A DNA stretch of 60,277 nt, counting the filler. It is 9 parts of 9 records of this genome, joined end to end, with 100 filler letters (N's around TTAATTAATTAA, not from the genome) between each part and the next. Parts side by side here need not be neighbours in the genome. Positions count along the whole stretch, not along the records: positions 30,245 to 35,519 come from SRR31156797_20564; positions 35,620 to 42,059 come from SRR31156797_20575; 7 more parts are not named here. One strand, given 5' to 3'. This document shows, piece after piece, positions 30,360 through 41,455 of the stretch. The translations under genes were made by a program, and so were the position numbers. How positions within the stretch are numbered: the stretch's first letter is position 1; every line of letters begins with the position of its first letter. Below the pieces are notes generated by a model. The model did no database searches. It was not told where the DNA came from and saw only the letters and a program-made list of their open reading frames with translations.

Positions 30360-33300
30360 ATGACAAAGGAAAAAGAAAAATTGCTGCAGGAAGCACATAA
30401 GAAATATTTCCAGCTTATGCTGCACGACCTGTCATTAGAGCAGATTCATGATATTGTTACTGACGATGTAAGTGGTTATGGAAGCACCATGGATGAGAAA
30501 ATCCATGAAATTGGCAGGCTAAAAAAAATGATCATTGATCAAAGAGTACAAGGCGAAGGAATAGAAATGCATTCAAAGCTTAAACCTGTAAACCTTAGAA
30601 TAAGCCCCGAAAACGATATGGCTATATTTAACGATGAGGTTAAAATCACTATGCAAATTGAGGACACAGAGCACGTGATAAATCTCAGGTTAACCACAAT
30701 TTATGAGTTTATAAACAATAATTGGAAAGTAGTTCACCTGCACGCGTCAACAGCAGTAAATACCGAAAACGATACCTGGCATCTGGATGAATGGAAAAAG
30801 CAAAATAAAATCCTGCGCAAGCAGGTTGAAGAGAAAACAGCCGAGTTGCAAAAGAAAAACCGTGAGCTGGAAATTGAAGCCGCGCTGGAACGTGTGAGGT
30901 CTGTGGCCATGAGCATGCAAAAACCGGATGACCTGCTTGAGGTTTGCCGGATTATTTCTGATCAACTCGAATCACTGAATGTGAAAAACATTAGAAATGT
31001 TCAGGTGGCCATCATCAACGAATCCAACAGAACTTATGCAAATTACCAGTATTTCACGGCATACGCCAAAACGGCTTACGAAGAAACCGGTTATGAAAAC
31101 AATCCGGCGTCACAGGCTCTGGTTACAGAAATGCAAAAATCGGCCAACTCCTTTTTTATTGGCAGCATTAGGGGTAAGGATTTGGAAGAATTCCGTGATT
31201 GGCGAAAAAAATACAATCAGTTGCCTGATCCTTTACTGGAAGATCATGCTGTTATTTTCCATTATTTTTATTCGATCGGACAGGGAGGGCTGGGGCTAAC
31301 TACTTATGAAGAAATATCAAACGAAAGCCTGGAGATATTCAAACGCTTTCATAAGGTTTTTACGCTGGCATACCGCCGGTTTATGGATATCCGGCATGCA
31401 GCCGCACAGGCCCGGGAAGCTGAAATACAGTTGTCACTTGAGCGTGTGCGGGCCCGGACCATGGCCATGCAGCATAGCGATGAACTCCCTGAAACCGCCT
31501 CACTCATGTCAGCTCAACTGAAGGGCCTTGGGGAGGAAATTGATCAGGTCACCATCGGGATTTTTAAGGAGAAAACAAATGTAGTTGAAGCTTTTGGAAC
31601 AGTAAAAGGGGATCAGTTTCAAACCCTGGAGGTGTCCGTTGATGAGTCATTTATGATGGGCAAGGCATACAGGGCATGGAAAGCTGGTGAAAAATCATCA
31701 ACTATTAAACTTTCCGGAGAGAAACTCATCAGTTATAACAAATGGCGCAACAGCTTTTTCCATAAAAATATCTACCCCGTTGACAACCCTGACGGAACCT
31801 GGTTTGCGAATGCTGCTTTTTTCTCAAAAGGCTTCCTGGGTTTTTCATCAGAAAAGCAGGTTTCAAACCAGGCAAATGAGCTTTTGCAACGCTTTGCAGC
31901 CGTTTTTGATTTAACCTACACCCGATTTCTCGACCTTAAAAAAGCCGAGGAGCAAGCCAGGGAGGCGCAGATCGAAACAGCGCTTGAACGTATCAGATCA
32001 GCATCCATGGCCATGCACAAAAGTGAAGAATTGCAAAATGTAGTTGAGGTAATGTATGATCAGATAGTGCCGTTAGGGCTATCCGAGGTTGGGATTTCGG
32101 TTATGCTGTTCCATCCCGAAACTTCTTCTATCGAATACTGGTTTGCAGATTATCTGAATTACGATCATGTTACCAGCTATTTTATTGAAAGCCGAAATCA
32201 TCATATAATGGAGCAATTGTGGGACTATTGGGAAAAACAGGAAGTAGGGTTGACTATACACATAGAAAATGAGGAAAAACGTGAATGGGACCGTTTTCTA
32301 TTTACCGAAACAGGATTTAAAAAACTTCCATCTGAATTAAAAAAAGATATAGAATCCTCAAATTCTGTTTGGTTTTCTTATGCCAGCATGCGGTTTGGAT
32401 TGCTGGAAGCTGTGGATGAAAAACCTCCAAAAGAAGAAAATGTTAAGATATTGCAGCGGGTTGCCGGTGTTTTTGAACAGGCATATACTCGTTTTCTCGA
32501 TCTCAAAAGGTCAGAAGCACAAACCCGCGAAGCCCAAATTGAAGCTGCCCTCGAAAGAGTCAGGTCCAGGTCGATGGCGATGCAAAATAGTGAAGAACTG
32601 GCAGATCTCTCATTTGAATTGGTTAAACAAGTATCTGTATTGGGCATCAACACCTGGTTTTGTGCTTTTAATATCTATGATGATGATCCCCGTGGCTCCC
32701 TGGAATGGGGCAGCAATATGAATGGGACTTATGAAGCGTACAGGACACCGAGAGAGGGTATTTTTCTTCGCTATTATCAGGCCGGACAAAGTGGAGAAAC
32801 ATTGCTAATCAATGAAATAGGGAAGGATGAATGTCCCGCTCATTATGATTATTTGTGCAGCCTGCCGGGAGTTGGTGAGCAATTGTTAAAAATGAAAGAT
32901 GCCGGTATTCCATTTCCCGTTTCACAGATTGATCATGTAGCCTATTTTAAATACGGTTATATCATTTTTATAACGTTTGAGCCAGTCCCTACAGCCCACG
33001 ATACTTTTAAACGCTTTGCAAAAGTTTTCGAGCAAACTTATACCCGCTTCCTCGACCTGACTGCTGCCGAAGCCCAGGCCAGGGAGTCTGCGCTGGAACT
33101 CTCGCTTGAGCGTATCCGTTCGCAGGTTACTGCCATGCAGGAATCTTCTGAGCTGTTTGATATTGTGGTGAACATGCGCAACGAATTTGTTGGTTTGGGC
33201 CATGAAGCCGATTATTTCTGGCACATGCGCTGGCTGCCTGATGTCTATAAAATGTGGATGACCTCTGATGATGGAAGCCGGATTGGTACGGTGATAAGCA

Positions 33301-35519
33301 TCCCCAAATATGGGCACGAAAATATACCCGGCCTGGCCGAATGGGAAAAAGGTGACGGGCCTGTTTATGTTTTGCCATTGGATGCCAACGGTGCCTGGGA
33401 TTATATCGAAAACATGAACACAGGTCACTACGAAAAAGTTGACCCCAACGCACCCACCCGGGAGGATATTCAGCATATTGGCGGACTCACCTTCATCATG
33501 GCACGTACCACGCACGGCGAAATCGGTTTTGGATTGCCCGGATATGTGGCCGATCCCCCGCAGGAATCCCTGGATACCCTGGTTCGTTTTGCAGGCGTAT
33601 TCGATTTGGCTTACCGCCGTTTCGAAGACCTGAAAAGTGCCGAGCGCCAGAACCGGGAAACCCAGATTGAACTTTCGCTTGAACGTGTCCGCTCCCAGGC
33701 CATGGCCATGCAGCACAGTGATGATCTGACAACAAGCACAGCTATCCTGTTCGAGGAACTGGATAAGCTTGACCTCTCCATCGACAGATGTGGTATTGGT
33801 ATTTTTGAGGAAGAAACAAGAGATTGCCATTTGTGGACAACCGTTGTGAATGAAGATGGCAAAACAAAATTAACCACAGGTATCACATCGCTGACCATCC
33901 ATCCTATGCTGGTAAAAACATTTGATGCCTGGAAATCAATGGGCTCTTTGCAATATACACTTGAAGGGCAGGAGCTGGAGGATTATTATAGGATGGTGTC
34001 CAAAAGCAGGTTTCAGTTGCCAAAAGAGACTGTTGATCATTCCACCTCCCTCACTAGGGAATACTACCTGTACACACCGTTTGGTGCAGGTGGCTTGTAT
34101 GTTTTTTCGGCAACAGAACCCTCAGAAGAAGAGAAAAACATTCTGCGGCGTTTTGCGGATGTTTTTAATATGACCTACACCCGGTATGAAGATCTCCAAA
34201 AAGCTGAGGCACGTGCCCTGGAAGCTATCAAACAATCATCCCTCGACCGCATTCGCGGCCAGATTGCCAGCATGCGCAATACAGATGATTTGCAGCAAAT
34301 TACGCCCCTGATCTGGAATGAGCTCACAGCCCTTGATGTTCCCTTCTTCAGGTGTGGTGTTTTTATCGTAGATGAAAAACAGCATCATGTAAAGGTTTAC
34401 CTGACTACACCGGAGGGAAAATCGCTGGCCTCGCTGGACCTGGATTTCGATCTGAGTGATCTTATCAGGATTACGGTGGATAGTTGGCGGAAGAAAGAAG
34501 TTTATCTAACCCACTGGAGTAAGGAGGAGTTTATAGCCTGGACAGCGGAGATGATGAAAATCCGTCAGGTAGAAAATCCTGAAAAGTACCAGGGTTCCGA
34601 AACACCTCCTGAGTCTCTGCATCTTCATTTCATACCTTTTACACAAGGGATGCTTTACGTGGGTAACTCCGGGCAACTGAGCAATGAACAACTCGATCTG
34701 GTGAAATCCCTTGCAGAGGCGTTTTCGTTTGCTTATTCGCGCTACGAAGATTTTGTTGTGCTGGAAGAGGCTAAACAGCGTGTGGAGAAAGCGCTGAATG
34801 ATTTGAAAGCAACCCAGACCCAGCTAGTTCATGCAGAGAAAATGGCCAGCCTGGGAGAGTTAACTGCCGGAATTGCGCATGAAATTCAAAACCCACTCAA
34901 CTTTGTCAACAATTTTTCGGAAGTCAGCGCCGACCTGATCAAGGAACTGAAGGAAGAATTACAGCATGGTGATACTGAGGAAGTGAATGCCATTGCCACC
35001 GATTTATTGGGTAACCTCGATAAAATAAACCATCATGGTAACAGGGCCAGCGGCATTGTAAAAAGCATGCTTGAACATTCAAGAACGGGTTCCGGAGAAA
35101 AGCAGCCCACTGATATCAATACCCTCGCCGACGAATACTTACGTTTGGCATATCATGGGCTGAGGGCAAAAGACAAGACCTTTAATGCTGATTTTAAAAC
35201 AGATTTCGACTTGGAAATACCAAAGGTAAGAATGCTCTCACAGGATATCGGTCGGGTGCTGTTGAATTTGATCAACAATGCTTTTCATGCCGTTTCACAG
35301 CATAACCTGTCAGTTTTAAATGATGAAAAACCATTCAAACCCACAGTTATTGTCTCCTCAAAAAATCTCGGTGATAAAATCGAAATACGTGTGCAGGATA
35401 ACGGAAACGGAATACCCGTGGAAATCAAGGAAAAGATTTTCCAGCCCTTTTTTACGACCAAACCCACCGGCCAGGGAACGGGATTGGGATTAAGCATGAG
35501 TTATGATATCATCACCAAA
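30360..35519 (+). CDS. Soluble sensor histidine kinase: SnoaL/NTF2-like domain, seven GAF-like units, HisKA and HATPase; 3'-partial
   Basis: N-terminal WKVVHLHAS; recurring linker RFxxVFxxxYxRFxDLxxAExQAREAxIExx[31 protein letters not shown] and [15 protein letters not shown]. No transmembrane segments. Confidence 0.9.
35492..35519 (+). repeat. 28-bp terminal direct repeat, right copy
   Basis: Identical to 30245-30272. Confidence 0.95.
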
Positions 35520-35619
35520 NNNNNNNNNNNNNNNNNNNNNNNNNNNNNNNNNNNNNNNNNNNNTTAATTAATTAANNNNNNNNNNNNNNNNNNNNNNNNN
35601 NNNNNNNNNNNNNNNNNNN
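35520..35619. other. Artificial contig-joining spacer
   Basis: N44-TTAATTAATTAA-N44. Confidence 0.97.
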
Positions 35620-35740
35620 TAAATTCAACACTATCTTGTTTCTCTTCTAATGAAGTCTTAAATGCAACTTCAGGCTCTAAAAAACCATCATTTGCAAAAA
35701 GAGAAGAAAAAAGTAAAAGAAGGCTAAGAATATATCTCAT
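35620..35740 (-). CDS. dsbD: Probable DsbD N-terminus, 3'-partial; not in the ORF track
   Basis: MRYILSLLLLFSSLFANDGFLEPEVAFKTSLEEKQDSVEF: signal peptide plus an FLxPExAF motif, 9 bp downstream of the thioredoxin gene. Confidence 0.6.
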
Positions 35741-35749
35741 CTCTTAGCC

Positions 35750-36772
35750 TTAATGTTTATCTGAAATATCAATATTTACACCACTATTTAAAAGCTCATT
35801 TTGTCTAGGTGTTAGATAGTCTAAATAGGTTGGATATTGATCGTAGTATTTTCCACTTACATATCTGAACATCTCTTTAAAGTGGAAGCTATATAAAAGT
35901 GCATCGATTCTTGCTTGCTCTTTTTTATCATTGTATAAAACAATCCCTGGTCGATAATCTAGTCCCATCTCTTTTGCCCACTCTTTTGGTGTGGTTGTTT
36001 TTCCACTTGGAGTAGTGATCTTTTTATCTGACATTGCATCATATCTTACTACAGTAAATTTTGACATCTCTTCTTGAACACCTTTATTTTTTAAAGTTGT
36101 ATTATGAAGGTAGTTACATTGTGTACAGCTTCCATCTTCAAAGATCACTGCAAGTGGTCCACTTATTTTTGAAAGGTCTTTGATATCTTTGAACATTTTA
36201 TTTTCTTTTAGAGTATAAAGAGTTTTACTTTTTACTTTTTCTAGATATGGAGTAAGTTCCATATTTTTATATTCTTTATTTTTTACATAGTCTAAAATAA
36301 GTTTAAATGTCTCAGCTGATCTATACCCATTTAGCCTTACGACTACTTTATTATTATGATCTAAGAATAAAATAGTTGGAGTATATTGTACTTTTAGATG
36401 ATCTGCATATTCTTTTTCTGTTAAAGTAAGATCATCATTGATCACCATCTCTTTGCTTCCTTTGATATTGATTCCGATTACATCAAAGTTTTCTTCGATA
36501 TATGGTTGGTTTTTTGCACCTTTTACAAAGTTTTCATTTAACATCTTGGTACAGTATGGACAAAACTTTAGTGTCATAAAAAGCATTACATGTTTGTCTG
36601 AATCTTTTGCTTCTTCCACATCATCTTGAAGTTCTAAAAAACTTTGTTTAAACCATGAAGGCATATCATGATTTTCTCCTCCAGTGAACTTTCCTTTTTG
36701 TGCATTTGCAACTGTTAGCATAAGTAAAATAGCTATAAAAATACTTCCTATTTTAAACTTTTTTTGGCTCAT
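35750..36772 (-). CDS. Periplasmic tandem thioredoxin-fold protein, SoxW-like
   Basis: Signal peptide, WFKQSFLEL.DD, CPYC and CTQC motifs, YTPT cis-Pro loop. Start placed at MSQKK (36772) after AAGGAG. Confidence 0.8.
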   Translation of the reverse strand: MSQKKFKIGSIFIAILLMLTVANAQKGKFTGGENHDMPSWFKQSFLELQDDVEEAKDSDKHVMLFMTLKFCPYCTKMLNENFVKGAKNQPYIEENFDVIGINIKGSKEMVINDDLTLTEKEYADHLKVQYTPTILFLDHNNKVVVRLNGYRSAETFKLILDYVKNKEYKNMELTPYLEKVKSKTLYTLKENKMFKDIKDLSKISGPLAVIFEDGSCTQCNYLHNTTLKNKGVQEEMSKFTVVRYDAMSDKKITTPSGKTTTPKEWAKEMGLDYRPGIVLYNDKKEQARIDALLYSFHFKEMFRYVSGKYYDQYPTYLDYLTPRQNELLNSGVNIDISDKH

Positions 36773-36803
36773 TATATCTCCTTGATTTTGTAAATAAAAT
36801 ATA

Positions 36804-36846
36804 AGTGTAGCCAAAAAGGATAAGAAAATCATAAGGAAATCATAAT
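36804..36846 (-). promoter_or_regulatory. Promoter with 11-bp-periodic CTTAT boxes (OmpR/PhoB-type site)
   Basis: Minus strand reads ATTAT-N6-CTTAT-N6-CTTAT-N10-TACACT. Confidence 0.6.
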
Positions 36847-36908
36847 AGTTGAGTAAGAGAGCTGTTTATGGGAAATAAATTCAATTTATATTGGTTAAGA
36901 TACAGATT

Positions 36909-38333
36909 ATGAATAAAGAACTAGAACTTGTAACAACCATTCCAAACCTTATTATTTTAAAACTTGTAGGGAAATCTATAGGAAAAGTCTATGGAGAAAA
37001 AAGTTTAAAAAAATACAAAGGAAAGCATCTTAAAGAGTTGTTTTCTTTTGTCAATTATAAAGAGATTAAAAAGCTTTTAAAAAATAAAAAAAGTTCAGTG
37101 CTAGTACAGTGGCATGGAAAAACCTATGAAGTGACTGCAAAAAAAGAGATACTGTACTTTTATGATATCTCTAAATATAATAGAGTAGAATCACAGCTTC
37201 AACAAAGCCTCCATGATCTTAGTTCAAAAAAAGAGGAACTTCATGCGATCTTTGATCTAGCAGCCAATGGGATATCTCTTTTGGATAGAAATGGATACTT
37301 TTTATATGCCAATAAATTTTTCCAAGATATGATGGAGTATACGATGGAAGAGCTTTATAAAGAGTCTTGTATCTCTTTATCTTCTCCTGAGTATGCAGAA
37401 CCTTCAAAAGTAGCTGTAGAAAAAGCGATCCGATATGGAAGTATTGAGAAGTTTCGTAAGATCTGTATCACTAAATCAGGTAAAAGAGTTAACGCAAGTA
37501 TGTCTCTTTCTTATCTAAAAAGTCGTGATGAGATCATTATGATCACTTCAGATATCACAGAAGATATAGAGTATCAAGATAAGCTCAAAAAACAAGTGGA
37601 GATCGAAGTGGCAAAAAGAACTGAACAATATGAGATTATGTGTCACCAATCACGACTTGCTGCAATGGGTGAGATGATAGACTCAATTGCCCATCAATGG
37701 AGACAGCCACTGAATAGTCTTGGAATTATTGTTCAAGGCTTAGGGCACTTTGCTAAACAAAAAGATATCGATAATACTCTTTTAAAAGAAGTAGAGAGTG
37801 AGATCATGGAAAAGGTAAATTATATGTCTCAAACCATTGATGATTTTAGTACCTTTTTTAGAACTTCAAAACAAAAAGAGGTATTTAATATCTCTCAAAG
37901 TATCGATGAAACGATCCGTTTAATTGATGTGCAGTTAAAGGCTCATAAAATAGAGGTGCAGATCGATATAGAAAAAGGGATTGATCTTCATATCTTAGGC
38001 TATGCCAATGAGTTTCGACAAGTGCTTTTAAATATGATCCATAATGCTATGATGGCAATTATTATGAATAAACAATCGCTAGGGAAGATTCAAGTCTCTA
38101 TTAAATCTAATAGAAAAAATATCCAAATAGAGGTCTTGGATAATGGTGGAGGAATCCCAAAAGATATTATGTCAAAGATATTTGATCCTTATTTCACCAC
38201 TAAAGATAAAGGGAGCGGAATAGGGCTTTATATGTCAAAGGTGATAATTGAAACCCATATGCAAGGGTTATTGGCTGTAAAAAATAAAAATGATGGGGCA
38301 CTTTTTACCATTATGTTACCACAGGAGAGATAG
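36909..38333 (+). CDS. PAS sensor histidine kinase
   Basis: PAS domain, AMGEMIDSIAHQWRQPL H-box (Campylobacterota style), DNGGG and YFTTK..GSGIGL. An upstream TTG start at 36891 is possible. Confidence 0.9.
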   Translation: MNKELELVTTIPNLIILKLVGKSIGKVYGEKSLKKYKGKHLKELFSFVNYKEIKKLLKNKKSSVLVQWHGKTYEVTAKKEILYFYDISKYNRVESQLQQSLHDLSSKKEELHAIFDLAANGISLLDRNGYFLYANKFFQDMMEYTMEELYKESCISLSSPEYAEPSKVAVEKAIRYGSIEKFRKICITKSGKRVNASMSLSYLKSRDEIIMITSDITEDIEYQDKLKKQVEIEVAKRTEQYEIMCHQSRLAAMGEMIDSIAHQWRQPLNSLGIIVQGLGHFAKQKDIDNTLLKEVESEIMEKVNYMSQTIDDFSTFFRTSKQKEVFNISQSIDETIRLIDVQLKAHKIEVQIDIEKGIDLHILGYANEFRQVLLNMIHNAMMAIIMNKQSLGKIQVSIKSNRKNIQIEVLDNGGGIPKDIMSKIFDPYFTTKDKGSGIGLYMSKVIIETHMQGLLAVKNKNDGALFTIMLPQER

Positions 38334-39008
38334 ATGGAAAGCTTACATGAAAAGTTACAAGATATTAGTGTAATTGTTGCAGAAGATGATGAGAGTACTT
38401 TAAAGTGGTTGGTAAAAATACTCTCAATCTATTTTAAAAAGGTAGATGGAGCTTGTGATGCTATGGAGGCATTGGAACTTTTTCAAAAAGCTCAAAGTGA
38501 TGTGGTGATTTCAGATATTCAGATGCCAAAAGTTGATGGCTTGAGTTTTTTACAAAAGATCGCTTCTATAAAACCAGAGACTTTGCGTATCGTTATGACC
38601 GCTTTTAATTCCCCAGAATACCTTAATCGTGCTATTGATGCAGAGGTCAACTTATATCTTAAAAAGCCTATAGATATTGATGAACTTTTAGTAGCTGTGG
38701 CAACAAATATAAAAAAAGAGGAAAACTCTTTAGAGTCACTAGGGGAAGGGTATAATTATAATAGGAGTTTAAAAGTTATACAAAAAGATGAAAAAACTAT
38801 TAAACTTACTAAAAAAGAGATACTTCTAATAGAGCTTTTATTAAAATACAAATCTTCAATTGTAAGCCTTGAGCAAATAGAAAATAGTGTCTGGGATGAG
38901 CCTGTGAGTTCAGATGCAATTCGTATGGTTGTAGTTGGAGTTCGAAAAAAATTGTATCCAAAAAGTATAGAAAACATTAAAGGGGTAGGGTACCGACTTA
39001 ATATATAA
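38334..39008 (+). CDS. OmpR-family response regulator
   Basis: Receiver domain (EDD, SDIQMP, KP) plus winged helix (LTKKE...IENIKGVGYRL). Confidence 0.92.
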   Translation: MESLHEKLQDISVIVAEDDESTLKWLVKILSIYFKKVDGACDAMEALELFQKAQSDVVISDIQMPKVDGLSFLQKIASIKPETLRIVMTAFNSPEYLNRAIDAEVNLYLKKPIDIDELLVAVATNIKKEENSLESLGEGYNYNRSLKVIQKDEKTIKLTKKEILLIELLLKYKSSIVSLEQIENSVWDEPVSSDAIRMVVVGVRKKLYPKSIENIKGVGYRLNI

Positions 39009-39014
39009 TAAAAT

Positions 39015-39068
39015 CTTATATAAAACTTATCTACTCCTTACAATAACCTTTTTCTTTTGTGATACGAT
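39015..39068 (+). promoter_or_regulatory. Promoter with 11-bp-periodic CTTAT boxes upstream of the sqr-like gene
   Basis: CTTAT(39015), CTTAT(39026), CTTAC(39037), CTTTT(39048), then N10 and TACGAT with a TGn extension. Confidence 0.6.
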
Positions 39069-39096
39069 TATCTTGTAATTCATAAAAGGAGAGAAG

Positions 39097-40284
39097 ATGA
39101 AGAAAATTCTTATCATTGGCGGTGGAACTGCTGGGACTATGACTGCAAATAATCTTGCAAAAAAACTTATGCCAGAGATTGATAGAGAGGAAGTTGAGAT
39201 CACAATGCTCTCAAACTCAAAATATCACTACTATAGACCAGGAGCTATGTATGTGGCTTTTCATAAATCTGAAGGGCATGAATTTGTAAGAGAACAACGA
39301 ACTCTTTTAATGCCTGAGATCAATTTTATTGTAGACCCTGTAATATCAATGGATACGAATAATAATTATGTCAAGGGAAAAAGTGGAAAGAACTATGACT
39401 ATGACTATTTAGTTCTTGCTACAGGATGTGAAGCTGCACCTGAGCGAATCCCTGGATTAAAAGAGGGTGGAGATTGGTTTTATACCTATGAGGGAGCTAG
39501 AAAATTAGCTGAGAAATTTCAAAATATAAAAAGTGGAAAAGTGCTTATTACTGTAAACTTTCCAAAAACTCCAAATATTCCTCATCAGTGTGGTATTGCC
39601 CCTGTTGAGACAACGATTATGCTTCATGATTATCTCACAGAAAAAGGGGTAAGAGATAATGTAGAGATCACATATACTTATCCAACAGAAGCCCAAAGTG
39701 TACACAATGGACTTTTTTTACAAGAGCCAACATCAAAAGTGCTTCCAGCTATCTTTGATGGAATAGGAGTAAAACATAAAACAGGATTTACATTGAATAA
39801 AGTAGACCCTGATAAAAAGATCGCGTATTCAGCTGAGGGGGAAGAGCAAGAGTTTGATATCTTGATGTCAACACCTCCATTTATCGCTACAAAATTAATA
39901 AGAGAATCAGGAATCTCACAAGCATTGGATGATGAGGGATGGCTTCCAACTGATAAAAAGACTCTAAAGGTAAAAGGACTTGATAACGTCTATACTTTAG
40001 GAGATACAGTAGATCTTCCAGTTTCAAAAGCAGGGGGAACGATCCATAATCAAACTGATGTAGTAGCAGATAATATTGCTTCGGAACTTCGATATGGTTA
40101 TCCAACTGAAAGTTATGATGGGCTTGTTATTGCTATTGCACAGATGGGACTTTCTTGTGGGATGCCTTTATGGTATGACTATGAAGAGGATGTGCAACCA
40201 ACCCCTTGTAGTAAATTAGGAAGTTTTGTAAGAAAAGGTTTTAATAAAGGTATCTATTGGGCAGCAGCTCGTGGAATGGTATAG
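39097..40284 (+). CDS. Sulfide:quinone oxidoreductase-like FAD-dependent oxidoreductase (type III/SqrC-like)
   Basis: GGGTAG, YDYLVLATG, HQCGIAPVE and LGDTVDLPVSKAG; paired with a DUF1641-like gene. Confidence 0.78.
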   Translation: MKKILIIGGGTAGTMTANNLAKKLMPEIDREEVEITMLSNSKYHYYRPGAMYVAFHKSEGHEFVREQRTLLMPEINFIVDPVISMDTNNNYVKGKSGKNYDYDYLVLATGCEAAPERIPGLKEGGDWFYTYEGARKLAEKFQNIKSGKVLITVNFPKTPNIPHQCGIAPVETTIMLHDYLTEKGVRDNVEITYTYPTEAQSVHNGLFLQEPTSKVLPAIFDGIGVKHKTGFTLNKVDPDKKIAYSAEGEEQEFDILMSTPPFIATKLIRESGISQALDDEGWLPTDKKTLKVKGLDNVYTLGDTVDLPVSKAGGTIHNQTDVVADNIASELRYGYPTESYDGLVIAIAQMGLSCGMPLWYDYEEDVQPTPCSKLGSFVRKGFNKGIYWAAARGMV

Positions 40285-40293
40285 GAGAGAATT

Positions 40294-40647
40294 ATGAGTG
40301 AAAAAGTACAAATTGAAAAATCAAAAGAGATGGAAGAGCTTGAAGCAAAGATGACGATGCTTATCCAAACTGGAAGAATGGATAATTTAATTGATCTTAT
40401 GGCAGTGATTTCAGATAATATTGAGATGACCACCCAACCAATGGTTGAAAAGATGATAAGCACTGTTGATAATATGGCAACGGCTGGATTTGTCACAGAA
40501 AATGCTGTACGATATGCTAAAAGAGAAACAGCCAAAAATGAGACACCATCACTTCTTGGGATGTTGAAGCTTCTAAAAGATGAAGATACAAGAAAAGGTT
40601 TGGCGTTTGTTTTAAATCTTACAAAAGGGATAGGAAAACAGCTCTAA
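40294..40647 (+). CDS. DUF1641-like protein
   Basis: C-terminal SLLGMLKLLKDEDTRKGLAFVLNLTKGIG. Confidence 0.75.
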   Translation: MSEKVQIEKSKEMEELEAKMTMLIQTGRMDNLIDLMAVISDNIEMTTQPMVEKMISTVDNMATAGFVTENAVRYAKRETAKNETPSLLGMLKLLKDEDTRKGLAFVLNLTKGIGKQL

Positions 40648-40657
40648 ACATGGCTTG

Positions 40658-40689
40658 ATATATCTGAAGAGCAAGCTTTTCAGATATAT
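40658..40689. terminator. Hairpin between convergent genes
   Basis: ATATATCTGAAGAGC-AA-GCTTTTCAGATATAT. Confidence 0.65.
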
Positions 40690-40690
40690 T

Positions 40691-41449
40691 TTAAGCGGTC
40701 TCTATTTTATATCCAATATTACTTTGTGAAGTAATCAGATCTTTATGGAGTTTATTTCGTAATCTAAAAAGAACAGATCTAAATGCAGCATATCCTGCTG
40801 GTTCATCTTTCCAAATAGCATATTCTAATTGTTCTTGTGATACATAATGACTAGGGTTAGAGCATAATTCTTTTATTATCTCTATCTCTTTTTTTGTAAG
40901 ATTGACAGGAGTATCTCCTGAATAAAGCACTTGTTTCTCTTTATCATAAAGGTATCCATATTTTAATCTTACAGTTCTTGATTTTTCTTGTTTTGCTATT
41001 TCTAGTTTATAACTTAGAGTTTTATTGATATTATCTATCTCAATAAGCTCTTTTTTTATGGAGTTATCATTATTTGCTTTTTCTAGTGCAATTTCAATAG
41101 AAGCTTGGAGGTGACTTTTTTTATAGGGTTTTAAAATATACCCATAGGCAAATGTCTCCGAAGCTTCTTTTATAGTTTTTATTTCTGAATTTGCTGTTAA
41201 AAATACCACAGGAGTATCTGGTAAAATATCCTTTAACTCTTTTGTGAGATCAATTCCAGTTGTTGAATCTTTTAAATATATATCCATAAGTATAAGATCT
41301 GGAACTATCACTTTTTCAAGCCATTTCATCATTTTAGATCTATCTGTTACTATTCCACACGGCTCATAACCTAACTCTATCAAGGTCTCTTTTAGGTTTA
41401 TAGCGATGATCGATTCATCCTCAACAATAAGTATTTTTATTTTATTCAT
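40691..41449 (-). CDS. Response regulator with a winged-helix output domain
   Basis: IVEDE, LMDIYL, FLTA and YILKP; C-terminal LTKKE...NIGYKI. Confidence 0.88.
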   Translation of the reverse strand: MNKIKILIVEDESIIAINLKETLIELGYEPCGIVTDRSKMMKWLEKVIVPDLILMDIYLKDSTTGIDLTKELKDILPDTPVVFLTANSEIKTIKEASETFAYGYILKPYKKSHLQASIEIALEKANNDNSIKKELIEIDNINKTLSYKLEIAKQEKSRTVRLKYGYLYDKEKQVLYSGDTPVNLTKKEIEIIKELCSNPSHYVSQEQLEYAIWKDEPAGYAAFRSVLFRLRNKLHKDLITSQSNIGYKIETA

Positions 41450-41455
41450 TTTCTA

